Of a stretch of 63,941 nt of DNA, positions 50,457-63,941 are shown one piece after another. Each line of letters starts with the position of its first letter. Within the stretch, counting starts at the first letter, position 1. A program made the position numbers and the translations under genes. The notes beneath the pieces are model-generated. The model did not search any database, was not told the origin of the DNA, and worked only from the letters and a program-made list of their open reading frames with translations. Origin of the DNA: Octopus bimaculoides. Lineage: Eukaryota. The stretch lies in NCBI RefSeq assembly GCF_001194135.2, contig NC_068981.1, positions 145,859,963-145,923,903 on the forward strand. Reading direction: 5' to 3'.

Positions 50457-50571
50457 GAAAGCCCCTTGGAATATCCCTTCATCAGCTGTCTCTATTCTAT
50501 CTAGACGTTTCGAAGACAAACGTCTAGATAGAATAGAGACAGCTGATGAAGGGATATTCCAAGGGGCTTTC
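50457..50571. repeat. Perfect 54-bp inverted repeat with 7-nt loop
   Basis: Arms 50457-50510 and 50518-50571 are exact reverse complements. Confidence 0.9.
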
Positions 50572-50719
50572 CGTTTTCCTATGTGTTCGTTCCGTTGTCT
50601 GTAGTTTATTGTTCTAACGTCCTGTACCCTGATATGCATGTATATACACATGTAGATGTAAGTATGTACATATATGTGTGTATACATGTATATATATTCT
50701 TTGTATATATATATATATA

Positions 50720-50998
50720 TATGACTAATGCCTTTGGCAATGTGCCGTGCTCAAGTAGTAGACCTATCAAGCCAAGTGAAATCGTAGTCGTGGCAGATAC
50801 TGGTGTTACACAAGTGGCACTCATGCCAGTGACAATAAAAGCACCCATTACTCTCTTGCAGTGGTTGGCATTAGGAAGGGCATCCAGCTGTAGTAACCAT
50901 GCCAAACCAGACTGGAATCTGGTGTAGCCCCTCAGCTTGTCAGCTCTGGTCAAATCATCCAACCCATGCTAGCATGGACGGCAGAAAATGATGATGAT

Positions 50999-51000
<2 letters not shown>
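50720..51000 (+). mobile_element. SINE family C copy followed by (TA)n
   Basis: ttaggaagggcatccagctgta...aacccatgctagcatgg...gatgatgat. Confidence 0.75.
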
Positions 51001-51073
<73 letters not shown>

Positions 51074-51479
51074 TCTTGAGAGAGAGGGAGCGAATGAGAG
51101 CGCAGATTATTGAGTGATTGATTGTACTGATAGTATTAGACTTTATTACCCCTGAGCCAATTAAAGGCATGATATTCATATTCCTCACGAAATCTCGTCT
51201 TACTTTTTTTCCTTCCAATTTTCAGAGAATGGATTTCACACTTGTCTTGAATTATAATTAAATAAGAAAGTAATATTTTCGTATCAAAACCATTATGAAT
51301 AAAGAGTCAAATTAAGCGGGAAAGATTTCCAGGGAATGTAATTACGTATGAACTTATTGATTTTAGAGCTCTAAGTTCTAAATATCCATTACAAACACCA
51401 AAAAACTGTTAAGCTTGTTGATGATAACGATGATGATTAGCACAATGACGACGACAACGACGCAGAGACATCGATATAT

Positions 51480-51645
51480 CACATGATAGATTTTAAAAGT
51501 CCTATCATCATCACCATCATTGTAATCATCACCATCGACATCATTATCATCATCCTCCTCATCACCATCATCGACATCATTATCTTCATCCTCCTCATCA
51601 TCACCATCACGACCACCACCTTTACCATCATCGTCGTCGTAGTCA
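51480..51645. repeat. Imperfect (CAT)n trinucleotide tract
   Basis: Directly visible. Confidence 0.9.
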
Positions 51646-54600
51646 TGGCCATTTCTTTGCACTGGTACAAGTCGAAAATACGCACACACACACATATATA
51701 TAAACAAACAAATGCACATTTACGGTGCCTTGCCCTATAAATACGAATCTATTTGGCAACAACTTTTTTCTCTTTTTAATTTCTAGCGTACCGGTCAACT
51801 ATCGATTTGTACGACGCGCGGCTATAGATGAAAATGAACTGTTTGAATGGTAAAGCTGTTAAGAACCAGCTCTGCTCGTTACGCCGCTACTGTCCATGGC
51901 GGCATGTATCAGTGTCACTTGGCTAGTAGCGGCTTTCAGCTTTTAACATATTTATCATTTTATCTTAAAATTCTTCGCCTCACACATTATACGGCTATTT
52001 TCTTTACATTTATTAATAAACACCGATCTGGATATATATCCACTCTTTAAGTTTTCTATTTCTTTCAAGCAGTGACTATATTATATCACATGAATAGATT
52101 CATTGTATTAGTTGACACGTAAGTGTATGCATCGATGTATTTAGACAGCTGTACACATATTTAAAAGAAATAAACATACACGCATACAAATATATCTATT
52201 CATTAATACGATAAATATATTTTGAAACTCTTCGTAAGTAACCGTAAACAAATTAATACGACAAAACCACAACTGAAAGTGTGGTGCAGGATCATAAGAA
52301 CAAGAAAAGGAACGGACCGAGTAGAAAACCATTTGAAACGACTAGGTGAGACCTTTTTCTTTTTCGGTTTTCCTGATTTTTCTGTGAGCATGAAATCAAC
52401 TGTTTTCTATAATATCCATGCTGGTATAATTCACCATACGCATGCTGACTTAATTTCAGCTGGTCTGTTTTTTCTCATTTGTAACATTCTGTTGTACCAG
52501 TTTTTTAAAAATAAACTTTAAGGACAACCTTTCAGTAATATTTAGGCTAATCCTTAAGACGATATTCAACCAGTTAAGTAGTAAGTTCTTTCAATACAGT
52601 TCTCTGCATTTTCCTAGAAAACTCTTCAATCATAATCGATTTGTTAGAACTTAATTTTTATGTCTTCAGTTTTATAAACGCAATATTTTCCTATTAAAGT
52701 TAGTGCATCTTATTTTTAAAACCCTGGATCGTCTGGCATTTGTTAAGGGAACATATCCAGCCACCAGCAAATTTTAAAAAAATTTCATCAACGTTTCTCT
52801 TTGATAATCTTGGTCTTTGATATTGCTTTCCAAGTACACAACTTGTCGCGTTATCTTTATGCTGCGAATTTTGGAGGTTAGCTGTCTATTAGGTAATTAA
52901 ACTTAAATATAATGACTTTAACAGTATTAGGTTATAACATGTTCCGTTCAAAAGTATCATTTCTTTTAACTGATTCCTATACAGTCTTTAGAAGGCAAGG
53001 AAGATTATTATTGTTACGTACTGAAAATTTGTCATTTCAATTTATCTGCTTAAGTTAATTTACATGTGACTACATGCGTGTGAGTAGGTATTTCGTCATT
53101 TTCTTTTCCACTTGAAACTAGTTAAAAGCGAAAAGATAAAAGAAAGGAAAAAAAATACAACAACAAAAAGGCCACACGTTTTTGTTTTCTTTCTTTTATC
53201 CCATGACTGAAATCTAAAAGAAGAGAAGCGAAAAGGTGGTGTGACTTTTCTGTGAGTGTGCACATGCATAACACGGCATTTATCAGGTGGTTTTATCTCA
53301 ATTCATTCCCTTGTTACGTGTCATCACCTTAGTTATTCTTACAACAGACCTCTCACAATTTAGGTTTTGTTTTTAGATATGGTATAATATTTTCAATAAT
53401 TACTCTATTATAAAGTCTTCAATTGTGAATATACTTGCCTATCTATAACAGTTTCTATGGAGCAGCAAGCAACATGCCTACTTAGCATATGTTTTAAACG
53501 TGATCATAATGTGGATCTAGTTTTGTATTTCATTAATTTTTACCTATCCTTAAATTTCTTCTCGAATAATTACAATATTTTTTGTTATCAGCCCCTTTCA
53601 AAGATTAATCTTTTCTTTAGTTAGCTGGCGATCCCTTTTATCTTAAATTATACCCCTCCATAAAACTTTGGAATTTGATTGATTAGAAATTTTTCATAGG
53701 TGTGGCAGATCTCAGTGTTAAGGTCATATCACTAATTGTTTCCATGTTTCTGAGAACTACATCCTTGTTTTATTATCATTATCACCCTGACGAACAAATT
53801 CTCTAAAAAAAAAAAAATATCCAACTAAAGTGTTGCAATTAATTTTTATTTACTCCAAGTAACAGCTGTTTTTCTTGACCAACTTTTCAACATGTTTAGA
53901 TTTCTAGTTATTTCTATCCTCGTCTTTTCTTAACAGTTTCTTAGATTTAATTCGTCAATGCTTGATTCAGTCAGTTTAAACAGTCAACACGTCAATTCTA
54001 TCAATCAGTACTCTCATTTAATTTCTTGCATTCTCTCTTTTTTTTTTATACTACTTTTCCTGTTTAACTTTTGCTTGTATTAGAAGGTAATTTATTAGGT
54101 TGTTTATTTCCCATTCTTTTAATTCCTAATTTGTCACTTGTTTAGATATATCAGTTGGTAATGCTTGTCGGATAAAAAACTCGCGCAGATATTAAAGAAA
54201 TATCCAACAGAATCATCTGAAGATAAACCAGTCTTATGACTGAGACTTCAAAGATGACTTATTTCAAGTTACTTGACTTTGTTAAAATGAACTGAATACA
54301 GCAGCTTAGTATGAGATTGGAATATATTTTTATAAGTTTTTTTAATTTTTATAGCCCTCTTTAAATTCTGTTATAGTTGTACTAGAAATTCAGCACCAAC
54401 ATTTTGTATCTTTTAAACTGCCTTATCAATTATACTGAAGTCATTTGTTTTCTTTCACCTATGACTTTTCAAAATATTCAAGTTTATTATCAGTAAATTA
54501 ATCCTGTTCAGCTGAGTAACTCTCAGTCTTTGAGAAGTTTACAGTTGGTTATGTACTTTTATATGTTGCACATAGAGGAAATAATAATTATTAGTGATTT

Positions 54601-55579
54601 AATGAAAAACATAATAGAATGTATTCTTAGGATGTTTAATCTACATTATGTTCATTTTGTTGGTTTGTGGAATTGATTACTTCATTTGATAATCATCATA
54701 CTGTTGTATTTCAATGAATGTAATTTTAATTGACATTTACTATTAAATTGAACAGTTTGTTTTTCTACACACATCATCATCATTATTATTTTATCCATGT
54801 CTCCTTTGTATTCTGCAATTGGTTGGATAGGGATGTTATGGTCTGAATCAGTTGTTATTTGGAGTTATTGCCCTCTTAGATGAATCAAAGACCATATTTC
54901 AAATCTTCCATTTGGGGTACAATTATTTATTTATTTTTGGTTATCTGCTCTTCCTGTCACCAACCACCTCACAGAGTGCACCAGGTGCATTTTATTGTGG
55001 CACCAGCATCAGAGAGGTTGTCATAACCATGACAAGGCTGAATGGTTCTCATGACTCTATATTGTCTCCAATTGTTCAGCATCCACTCTACGGAGTGTAC
55101 TGGGTGCATTTTATCATGATACCAGTGCTAGGTTGCCTAGTATTCCTCAAAAGTCTCCTCTACTCATCATTTAAAGCAACATGACTAAGGGGTAAATCGA
55201 AGAAAGTGTGATGTCAAAAAGAAGAACCAGAGTGAGAATGCAGGGGAGGGAGAGTGATTGGAGCAAGAGGGTAATAGATGAGGTTGAAAAGAGACACATT
55301 GATGACACAGTTCCATGTTTGCTGATAAATGATTAGTAAAATCCTGGGCAAAGATGAGAATGATGGATGTCAGTAATATGTTACTTGGCAGGGAAAGGCA
55401 ATGATGGCTAGCTGTACAAAAGGGTAATGGTGTATCAGATAATCAGATCTAATGCCATCCCTTGTCAGAAGATGAATGATAGATTAAAAGGTGCTAAAAA
55501 GGAGGAGACAAGCATTATCAGCATAATAGGCAAAAGACCCAAATGTAGACCTGTTATACATTTCAAAGTCCATCACTAT

Positions 55580-56560
55580 CACGATTTTTAAAGTTTGTTT
55601 CTTGCACAGGTGGACAAGTTTTCTCCAGTACCATGTGTTGACTATTGTTGTGGTCCTTGTCACTTCCTATGTGAAGTTCGGTATCTTGAGATCAGCCTTC
55701 ACCACTTCATCCTGTCTTTTCTTAGATCATTCTTTTCCACAGATTCACTCATCACTTCGTTAACTGTCATTCTGTATCTGCATCATTTGCTCATCCCAGC
55801 ATAATCTTCTCTTTCATCTGATTTCTTTTAGATCCAGTTTTTTCCTTGGCTCATTTATGTTGTTTCATTCATATGCACCAACATTGCACATTCAATGGAA
55901 CATGCTCATTTCATGTCTTTCTATCCTTCACAAATCTTCTGCATTCAAAGCCTAACCCTCACTACTGTGTAGCATTGTACTTTGGACACAAGCGTTATAC
56001 AATCTGCCCTTTCACTCTAAGAGACAAAAATCCTTTGTTATCAGCAAAGACATAATTCCCTGAACTTTACCACTTTGTTTTCTTAGACTGGCTACTATGC
56101 TTTTGGAGCACCCACCTTAACTTTTAATTAGGTCACATAGATAACAAAAGCTATCAACTACTTCTTGGGAGCCTTCATATATTTGAAAATCTATTTCACA
56201 TGTACTATTAGTGCTTCTGTGCATCTACTGTATATATAATCTACCTTTTCTATTAGGCTTCCTCTAATACTCCAACATATCTTGTGAGTATGCCATATGG
56301 AATTTCTGACTACTCTTTCGTTACCATCTGGATTCCTGTCTTCTTTCCTACTTAAAATTTTACTGTTTGCTAAGTTTGGTTTGAGGTCACTCATTTTTAG
56401 GTTTTTACTTCCATGTTTGGGATTTCTTTCCCACATTTACTACAGATTCATGGTTTAACACTACTAGAACTAGGTCATCAGCATACAGGAGTTTCTATAA
56501 GGGTTCTCAATGCTTGATTAATTATATGAGATATCTACATATGATTTATATGTATATTGT
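55580..56560 (-). mobile_element. Degenerate RTE LINE 3' region
   Basis: Minus strand resembles the RLRWFGHV...VEG...RKTW...V..DL region; many stops. Confidence 0.55.
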
Positions 56561-58469
56561 TGGTTTCAGAGGGCATCTGAAGGCTAAGGCCACTGCCACT
56601 TTCTCTGGACTTAGCCAGAAAATATCACCATTCTAAGTTTTACATTTATTTTTCAAATACACCACTTTTCCAAATCTCAAAGTTGCTTCTTTCAACCAGT
56701 GTTCTCAATTCAACCCTGACTGTTTCTCTTCAGGTCTTCCTTGGTCAGTCCCTGGTATTCGGTCTGCTGTCTCTGCTGCACATGTGTATGTGCTTCAGAT
56801 AAATTTTTCTATGGTTTAGTCAATATTGGAAGGGCAACTCCCATGATCTTTTCCCAGGGCCTTTGATATTGGAGGAGCTGGAAAGGGAAAAAGGATCTAT
56901 GACTCATAAGTTTCTGCAGGGCATCACGATATGCAGTTACCCTCTGGCTGGGGACCTGGAAAAAAAGCCAAAAGCAGAGTGGACTCTATTAAGGAACTCA
57001 AGAACCAGATAGTGGTGTTAAACCAGACATCAAATACAATCCACCAATAGGCTTTCACATAAGTTCCAGTTACCCAGATTCACTTATAAGCCTTAGGTTA
57101 ATTCAAGGCCATAGTAGAAGATGCTTGTCCAACTTGTTCTTCATTAAGGTTGAAATTAGAAACACATGGTTGTGAAGTGAACTTAACTATTTGTCCATAC
57201 TTGCGTTCGTAATGTTTGTGTGTGTGAATGTGTTATCAACTGCTAACATAAGCATACACTTATATGATTTATGTGTAAGTAGAGGCCTTTTATAGACAAA
57301 CAATAACCATTCTATGAAATATATTTCTCTTCCTTACTGTGCATTGTTATTTTATGACAACAGTGCTACTACATTATATGAATTGTGATAAAGTTTGTCA
57401 GAAACAATAATATAGCTTTAATATTGTAATATAATGATAATATAAGCATCAATTTTTTAAGCCTATTCTTTTTTCCATCTAAAATTTTTCGATGGAAAAT
57501 AACAATAGTGTCACTCATGAAACCCACACTATGTATCTATTGCGTGCCAAGCAACCGTGTTAGTGGTGAAAATGCTGAGCACTTGTTTCTCTCTTCTAAA
57601 AGTAGGTACTATGGATGATGATTATTTTTTTACATTTTTTTTTCAGTTTTAGCTGTACTATTTTGTTTTTGTCTAGGAGGGCAGTTACTTCAGATAAGAA
57701 CTAACTCAGATTGTGACGTCCCATGCAACCCATGCCGACATGGAAAAGCAGACGTAAAATGACAATAGGTAATTCATCAGTCACCTAGCACTAGCACATC
57801 CTCTGTGTATGCAACATAGCAAGGTATTTTGCTCTGTTTAAATACTTGCAATGAAAAATAAACCCAGGAATCAAATTTTGATGTAAATGGTATTAGGTAT
57901 TATAAACACCAATTTGATACAAAATGGCTACAGCTTTATTGATGTAACACAGACCATATATCCAATGAGAAAAGAAAAATAGCTGGCTCTCTGTTGTGTA
58001 ATGGGTAATGAGGTTTCTTGGCAAGATCTCTTCTCCTTCAGATTGGTGCTTATAATCTTTAATAACCAATGTAAAACCTCAGAAGATTTATCTCTATAAA
58101 ATTAAGAGGACATGTATCAATTTTAATTCAGAATAGTTGCTTACCTCTGCTGCCTGCTTTCACCACTTTTTAGGGTGACTATTCACTCTCTCCTTTCCTT
58201 CTCTTATGCATTGATATAAATGTTCTTTTACACTGTAAAGTTCTTCAGACTGTCCCAGTTTCCTAGACAGGTTGCCTTGATTATACTTAAGCTTTTGATA
58301 CCTACCTGCCCATGGCTACCCTTGGTTCTGTCATGTAAACTTCCTGTTTTAAAGTGACTTACATTAAATCCTTCCATCAAAATTTCATGTTAATTTATGT
58401 TCTAGATTCCAACTTAATAATGGTAAAGTTATTTTATTAAAAATTTCATAATTTTGGCCGTTACCAGTA

Positions 58470-58678
58470 CCTCCTGACTGGCCTTCGTGCTGGTGGCACG
58501 TAAAAGCACCCACTACACTCTCGGAGTGGTTGGCGTTAGGAAGGGCATCCAGCTGTAGAAACTCTGCCAAATCAGATTGGAGCCTGGTTTAGCCATCTGG
58601 TTCACCAGTCCTCAGTCAAATCGTCCAACCCATGCTAGCATGGAAAGCAGACGTTAAACGATGATGATGATGATGAAA
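58470..58678 (+). mobile_element. SINE family C, young copy
   Basis: Close match to the reverse complement of 33560-33730; ends gacgttaaacgatgatgatgatgatga. Confidence 0.8.
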
Positions 58679-59449
58679 GACTGTGTTTTCCAACAGAAAT
58701 AGGATTAAAGAAGTCAAGTGGAAGCAGAGTTCCTAAAACGTGTTCGGAGGTGTAAAGGGGGAGATAACTGAAATAAACAGAACTAGTGTTAATATACCTT
58801 GTGTTCTGGTTGTAGCATGACATCCGAGCTATCCACAAGTTAAAAGGAATTATGAAATAGAAATAAAAATGAGATTGGGTTATAAGAGAGAAGTCAAATT
58901 GTGATAGATTACAGGCAAGCAAAACAGATGAGAAAATATGGACTCTACTAGCATTGATGGAGAAATAAATAAGAGACTGCAGAAAGGCAGATGGTATTCT
59001 TAGTATTGTAATAAAAGAGAAAATGAATGTGGACAGGATTCATCAGCAGAAGGACAAACAACAGTTGATCAAAAATCACCACAGATTATCTACCAATGAC
59101 TATAAAAAGTAAAATGAAGAAGAGATTGTGGAAGAAATGGCAAGATGAGATCAAGAAATACTCACTGGCAACTGACAACATAAAGCATGAGAGTAAAGAA
59201 AAAGTGGGGTGGGATTGGCAACGGTTTGTGAAGGGTTCCATCCAGCAGTGGATTGCCAGTAGCTGACTATAACAATCTTTTAATATCTTGTTCTCTATAA
59301 TAATAGCCAACATAAATGTTGGTTTGTTGGTTGATTTTCTCCAGTCCTGCTTTACATTGTATGGAGAGACAAGGGTATTGGAGAGAAACAATCATAGAGA
59401 CATAGGAGGAGGAGGAAGAGAAGGAGTAAGTGACAGTAGTTATGGGAGG

Positions 59450-59730
59450 ACATGGCTGTGTGGTAAGAAGTTGCTTCCCAACCACATGGTGCCAGGTTCA
59501 GTCCTGCTGCATGACACCTTCTGCTATAACCTTGAGCCAACCAAAGCCTTCTGAGTGGATTTAATAGATGGAAACTGAAAGAAGACCGTTGTATATAAAT
59601 ATATATGTATATATACATATCTATCTATATATGTGTGTTTGTCTTTGGTCTACCCATCACAACTTGGCAACTGGTATTGGTGTGTTTATGTTCCTGTAAC
59701 TTAATGACTCAGCAAAATGAGAACTAGGTT
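59450..59730 (+). mobile_element. SINE family B copy
   Basis: ggctgtgtggtaagaagttgcttcccaaccacatgg head. Confidence 0.7.
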
Positions 59731-61296
59731 TATGGGTAATATTCTAGTCTACAATAATCTAGCTGTTTAAATAATTATTGAAATACTAAGTTGTACCAAA
59801 AATAAAATGAAATGGCTAAAGTATTTTAGTATAATCTAATAGGTAGGTGGGCTCCGAAAGGGGTCTCAGGGAGTAGTATCCCTGCCTTTCTGAGCTAGAC
59901 TTCCACCATGTTTCTTAAAAATCATGGTAGAGGCTTTGGTCTCAGGACCACTCATGTCTAGAAACTGAGGTTGGGGGTAAGCAAGATCATGCTCCCCGTA
60001 GAAAATCCAGCTCTAAAAAATCCTCATGATAGCTAAGGAGAATGGGCACCAGCCAGACCAAAGGCTGGAGTGGGCTGCACCTGCCTACCTCGGTTGCTAT
60101 GGCATTGAGGTAGATCCAGCCACTCCCGTTAACGAGGACAAAACCTGGATTTAAAACATTGGATGATGATGATGATAAAATATCGTTATTTCTACTGATA
60201 AAACTTATGCTTAATACTGTTATGTTACAAGTCAAGCTACAATTTGTATTTCACTCTGTAATTAGATGACATAGCGATAAGGCATCATTCTTGAACATTT
60301 GTTTGTTTAACCCAGGTGAGCCCTGATCAATAGCACTCCAGCTGTGGCCATCCCATCTTGTTTCAGGTACATCTTTCAGTGTGTACTTCCTTTATTTTTT
60401 TTAGCAAGTTACGTAACTACATAGGCCTTCTGAACACTTAATGTGTTCTGCTAACCCAGAGAAATATCTACATTATCTCATACAGTCATGTTAAACACAG
60501 ATTGTATCTGCATTTGTTTGTCAGTTGTATATGTATGGCTGTGTGGTCATGATGTTCACTTTGCAACAATGTAGTCGTGGGTTCAATCCCATTGTGCAGC
60601 ACTTAGGACAAGGGTCTCTCCTACAGCCTGCAGAATTTGGTAGATGAAAATGCTGTTGCCCTGCTTAACACCACAGTCAGGCACTTGATGCTTTTGCCAG
60701 CCTCTACTCTGTTGTAAGCATTCTAGCTGGGTCTCTGATCAGAGGCTAACTTCTGTTTTTGCCCCTGATTTAACCCTAAAAAAGCAAACCACATATGAAC
60801 AGTAGAAAGGTTCAATACATAACACTACAAATAAATCTACATTTAGTAAATACACATGCTGGTTTTCACACTGTTACTTAAGTTCTTTTTGTTAGACATT
60901 CCAGTTGTCATATACTGTAACCATTTGAACAGTAGCAGAACTGAGGCAGATGGTTGTTCGGACCATGACTGTTTCATTGGTCATCAAAAGGAAACTATTT
61001 TTTTATTCAATAAAAATTGGTTTTATCTGTTACTTTAACTGCACTAACATACACACATTTGTAAATTGTAGTTATAATTTAATAAGTTTCAATTTCAAAT
61101 AAAAGCTATAAATTCTACTTCTATTGAGTACGTTTTTCTCTGGTTTGTAAGTACAAATGTTTACTTCTAAATATTTGATTTTTTTTCTTAATGGTTTCTA
61201 TCATTAAGCTGTTGACCATGTTGGGGCAGCATTTTTATGGGTTTTAGTCATTTATATAAACCCTATTTTATTTATCAATTTCTATTTATTGAATGA

Positions 61297-61605
61297 GTAG
61301 TGGGTGCTTTTACGTGCCACCGGCACGAGGGCCAGTCAGGCAGTTCTGGCAATGACCACGCTCAAAAGGTAGCATGTAAAAATAACTTTTGAGTGTGGTC
61401 ATTGCCAGAACCGCCTGACTGGCCCTTGTGCCAGTGGCACGTAAAAGCACCCACTACACTCTCAGAGTGGTTGGTGTTAGGAAGGGCATCCAGCTGTAGA
61501 AACTTTCCAGATCAGATTGAGCCTGGTGCAGCCTCTGGCTTACCAATCCTAAGTCAAACCGTCCAACCCATGGAAAGCAGACTTTATACTATGATGATGA
61601 TGAAT
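61297..61605 (+). mobile_element. SINE family C with inverted 5' segment
   Basis: 72-bp arms 61297-61368 and 61386-61457, then normal body and (GAT)n tail. Confidence 0.8.
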
Positions 61606-62549
61606 GACTAAGTTCTCTTGAATTAAATCATTTAAAAAATTTAATGTATTTGATGGATTGAATTACCACAAAGTATTTATATCCACACACACCTATCTAT
61701 ATTTGTAATGGCTTTCTGTTCAGTTTTCATCTGCCAAATATCACTCACAACTTGAGGTTATGGTAGAAGACCCTTCCCCATGGTGCCTCGCAGTGAAGTC
61801 AGTCCATGAACTATGTTTGTGATGCTGGCTTTTCAGTGTTGCCTTTATACCCAGTAAATAAATATAGCTACATATTCAATGTGGCCTATTGCTTTGTGAA
61901 TATAGCTTCCTATACGACGCCTTAGTCAAGATTAAGATTAGGTAATGTGATATAGTGAGTGTTGTCTGCAACATTCTCCATTTACTATGTCCTATATTTT
62001 AAATATTTTAGTAATTTTTTTTGTAGTCCTTCATATATAATCTTGTGTAGTAGTACTAAGATCCTCTCTAGTTCTTAATTTAGACCTTGATTTATCTTTG
62101 ATCTGTAACAGTTTTGTATTAAACATTTGTTTTGGCCTCTGTCTTTTGCAGTTTTAATATATTCTTTCTTTATCATCATTTGAGACCCCTTATGCAGTTA
62201 CTTAACCTGTTAGGAATGGCAGCCAAATATTCCTCTATTTAGGATGTCAGGATGTAATTCCTCACATCACAGTCTAAATCTTAAACAAAAAAAAAAAAAA
62301 CTCCAAAAAGCAAATGATGTAATGGATATCTTTGGCATACAGTTATATGGGTGGTCATAATTGGAGCATCTTTGATCATAGGTTACCTTCGTTAAGGCTT
62401 ATCCTGGTGCTAAGCAATATCATTAACAGTCACTCTGGTTGTATCTATCTCTTTCTTATGATTGAAGGATTGTTGTTTTCTTTTTGTCCTCATCACGTTT
62501 TCTAATTAATTTATAAAATGTACTATTTTCTATTGTTAAAAATTTTTAT

Positions 62550-62927
62550 GAGTGGCTGTGTTGTAAGAAGCTTGCTTCCCAACCACATGGTTCCGGGTTC
62601 AGTCCCACTGCGTGTCACCTTGGGCAAGTGTCTTCTACAATAGTCTTGGGCTGTCCAAAGCCTTATGAGTGGATTTGATCGATGGAAACTGAAAGAAGCC
62701 TGTCGTATATATATGCATTTGTGTGTCTGTTTGTTGCCCAACCATTGCTTAACAACTAATGTTGGTGTGTTTACATCCCCGTAACTTAGTGGTTCAACAA
62801 AAGAGACCGATAAAATAAGTTCTAGGATTACAAAGAATAAGTCCTGGGCTTGATTTGTTCGACTAAAGGTGGTGCTCCAGCATGGTTGCAGTCAAATGAC
62901 TGAAACAAGTAAAAAAATAAAAGAATT
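62550..62927 (+). mobile_element. Full-length tRNA-derived SINE family B
   Basis: Head gtggctgtgttgtaagaagc...gggttcagtcc (A/B-box-like), core caccttgggcaagtgtctt, tail gactgaaacaagtaaaaaaataaaagaat. Confidence 0.8.
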
Positions 62928-63607
62928 ATTTTGTAATAATTATCTCCATTGATGGACTCACATTTTCTCTCACTGACTTTATGAGAGGGACCATCGTCAT
63001 ATCAAGTCCACTTTCCATGCTGGCATGGGTGGATGACTTGAGACAAAGTCATTTCTTGTAGGATCACATCTTGCTCAGACATCACAGTTTTGGTGTGGTT
63101 TTATGGATAGATGCCCTTCCAAACATGAACCACCTTTTCAGAGTGCAAAGTAAAAAAAAAAGTAAAGTTTCCTTTGCAAGTCGTATAGACACATAAGGGC
63201 TAGTTTCCCAGTTTATATATTCCCTGGATGGGATGCCAGTCCATTGCAGGATTATTCATTTATGCCAGCTGAGTGAACGGAGGCAATGTGAAATGAAGTG
63301 TTTTGCTTAAAAATATAACACTTCGCCTGGTCCAAGAATCAAAACCACAATCTTGTGATCATGAGTCCAACACCCTAACCACAAAAACGCATGCCTCCGC
63401 TTTCAGAGTGTACTGGGTATATTTTTTCATGGCTTTTGTATGGGAGAGTTTGTCATACTCTCAAAACTTAGGAATTGTCAACCTTGTGTTGTCGCAACTT
63501 TGTTTGCCTACCATTTACAGTGTATACAGATATATAGAAGTATAGAAATATAGAAAAGTAGATCTTAAATCAATGATGATGAATATGTGTATATATGAAT
63601 GTATGTG

Positions 63608-63941
63608 CATGGAGATTTCTGCGGGACAACCTGTTGAAAGCCACCGACCAGATTTGTGGGTGGTGTAAGGTCCCCTCCCGACCCAGAGTAACGTGGTGGT
63701 GGAACAAGGAGGTAGACAGGGCTATTAGACAAAAGAAACAGGCTTGGAAGGACTGGAAGAACGGTGGTAGCAGGGAATTGTACCAATGTGCCAGAAGGGA
63801 GGCTAGGCGACAGGTTTATTTAGCCAGAGGGGAAGCAGATAAGGAAAGATTTGCCAATGTTCTGCGCCGTGAGGACCAAAGACTCGAGGTATTTTGTGTT
63901 GCAAGACAGTGTAGGAGAGAGAATAGTGATGTTGTAGGAGA
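63608..63941 (+). mobile_element. 5'-truncated RTE LINE, open frame running off the window
   Basis: WRFLRDNLLKATDQICG...RVTWWWNKEVDRAIRQKKQAWKDWK...YQCARREARRQV..., 110 codons without a stop; APE-RT linker of RTE ORFs. Confidence 0.8.

Noticed and set aside
51378-51740. Asp-rich, Met-rich and Ile-rich ORFs
   Set aside because: Three readings of one imperfect (CAT)n tract.
57646-57770. Possible non-coding exon (acceptor gtctag, donor gtaatt)
   Set aside because: Includes a SINE C tail fragment; splice signals alone are insufficient in AT-rich DNA.

Overview
AT-rich, repeat-dense eukaryotic draft scaffold with many N gaps. The SINE and LINE families resemble those of coleoid cephalopods, most probably Octopus (inference, not a database result). 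Two spliced genes are supported. (1) Minus strand: the 5' part of an SLC38A7/SNAT7-like amino-acid transporter, with coding exons 11998-11803, 5953-5832 and 4503-4305; the rest lies left of the window or in gaps. (2) Plus strand: a complete five-exon C-factor/CsgA/sniffer-like short-chain dehydrogenase (31089-41262, 251 aa), with TAG where the family's C-terminal Trp is expected, followed directly by TAA. The remainder is microsatellite, SINEs, and fragments of R4/Dong, Tx1, RTE, Penelope-like, mariner, Tigger and Helitron elements. Most notable is a non-autonomous TIR family with GGATC ends, 8-bp TSDs and telomere-like cores, resembling Merlin. Two of its copies around the SLC38 5' end show base-pair-level signatures of alternative (sister-chromatid, hybrid-element) transposition: a 163-bp flanking duplication and a self-inserted inverted arm. 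Most repeat boundaries are approximate; exon, TIR and TSD coordinates were counted base by base.
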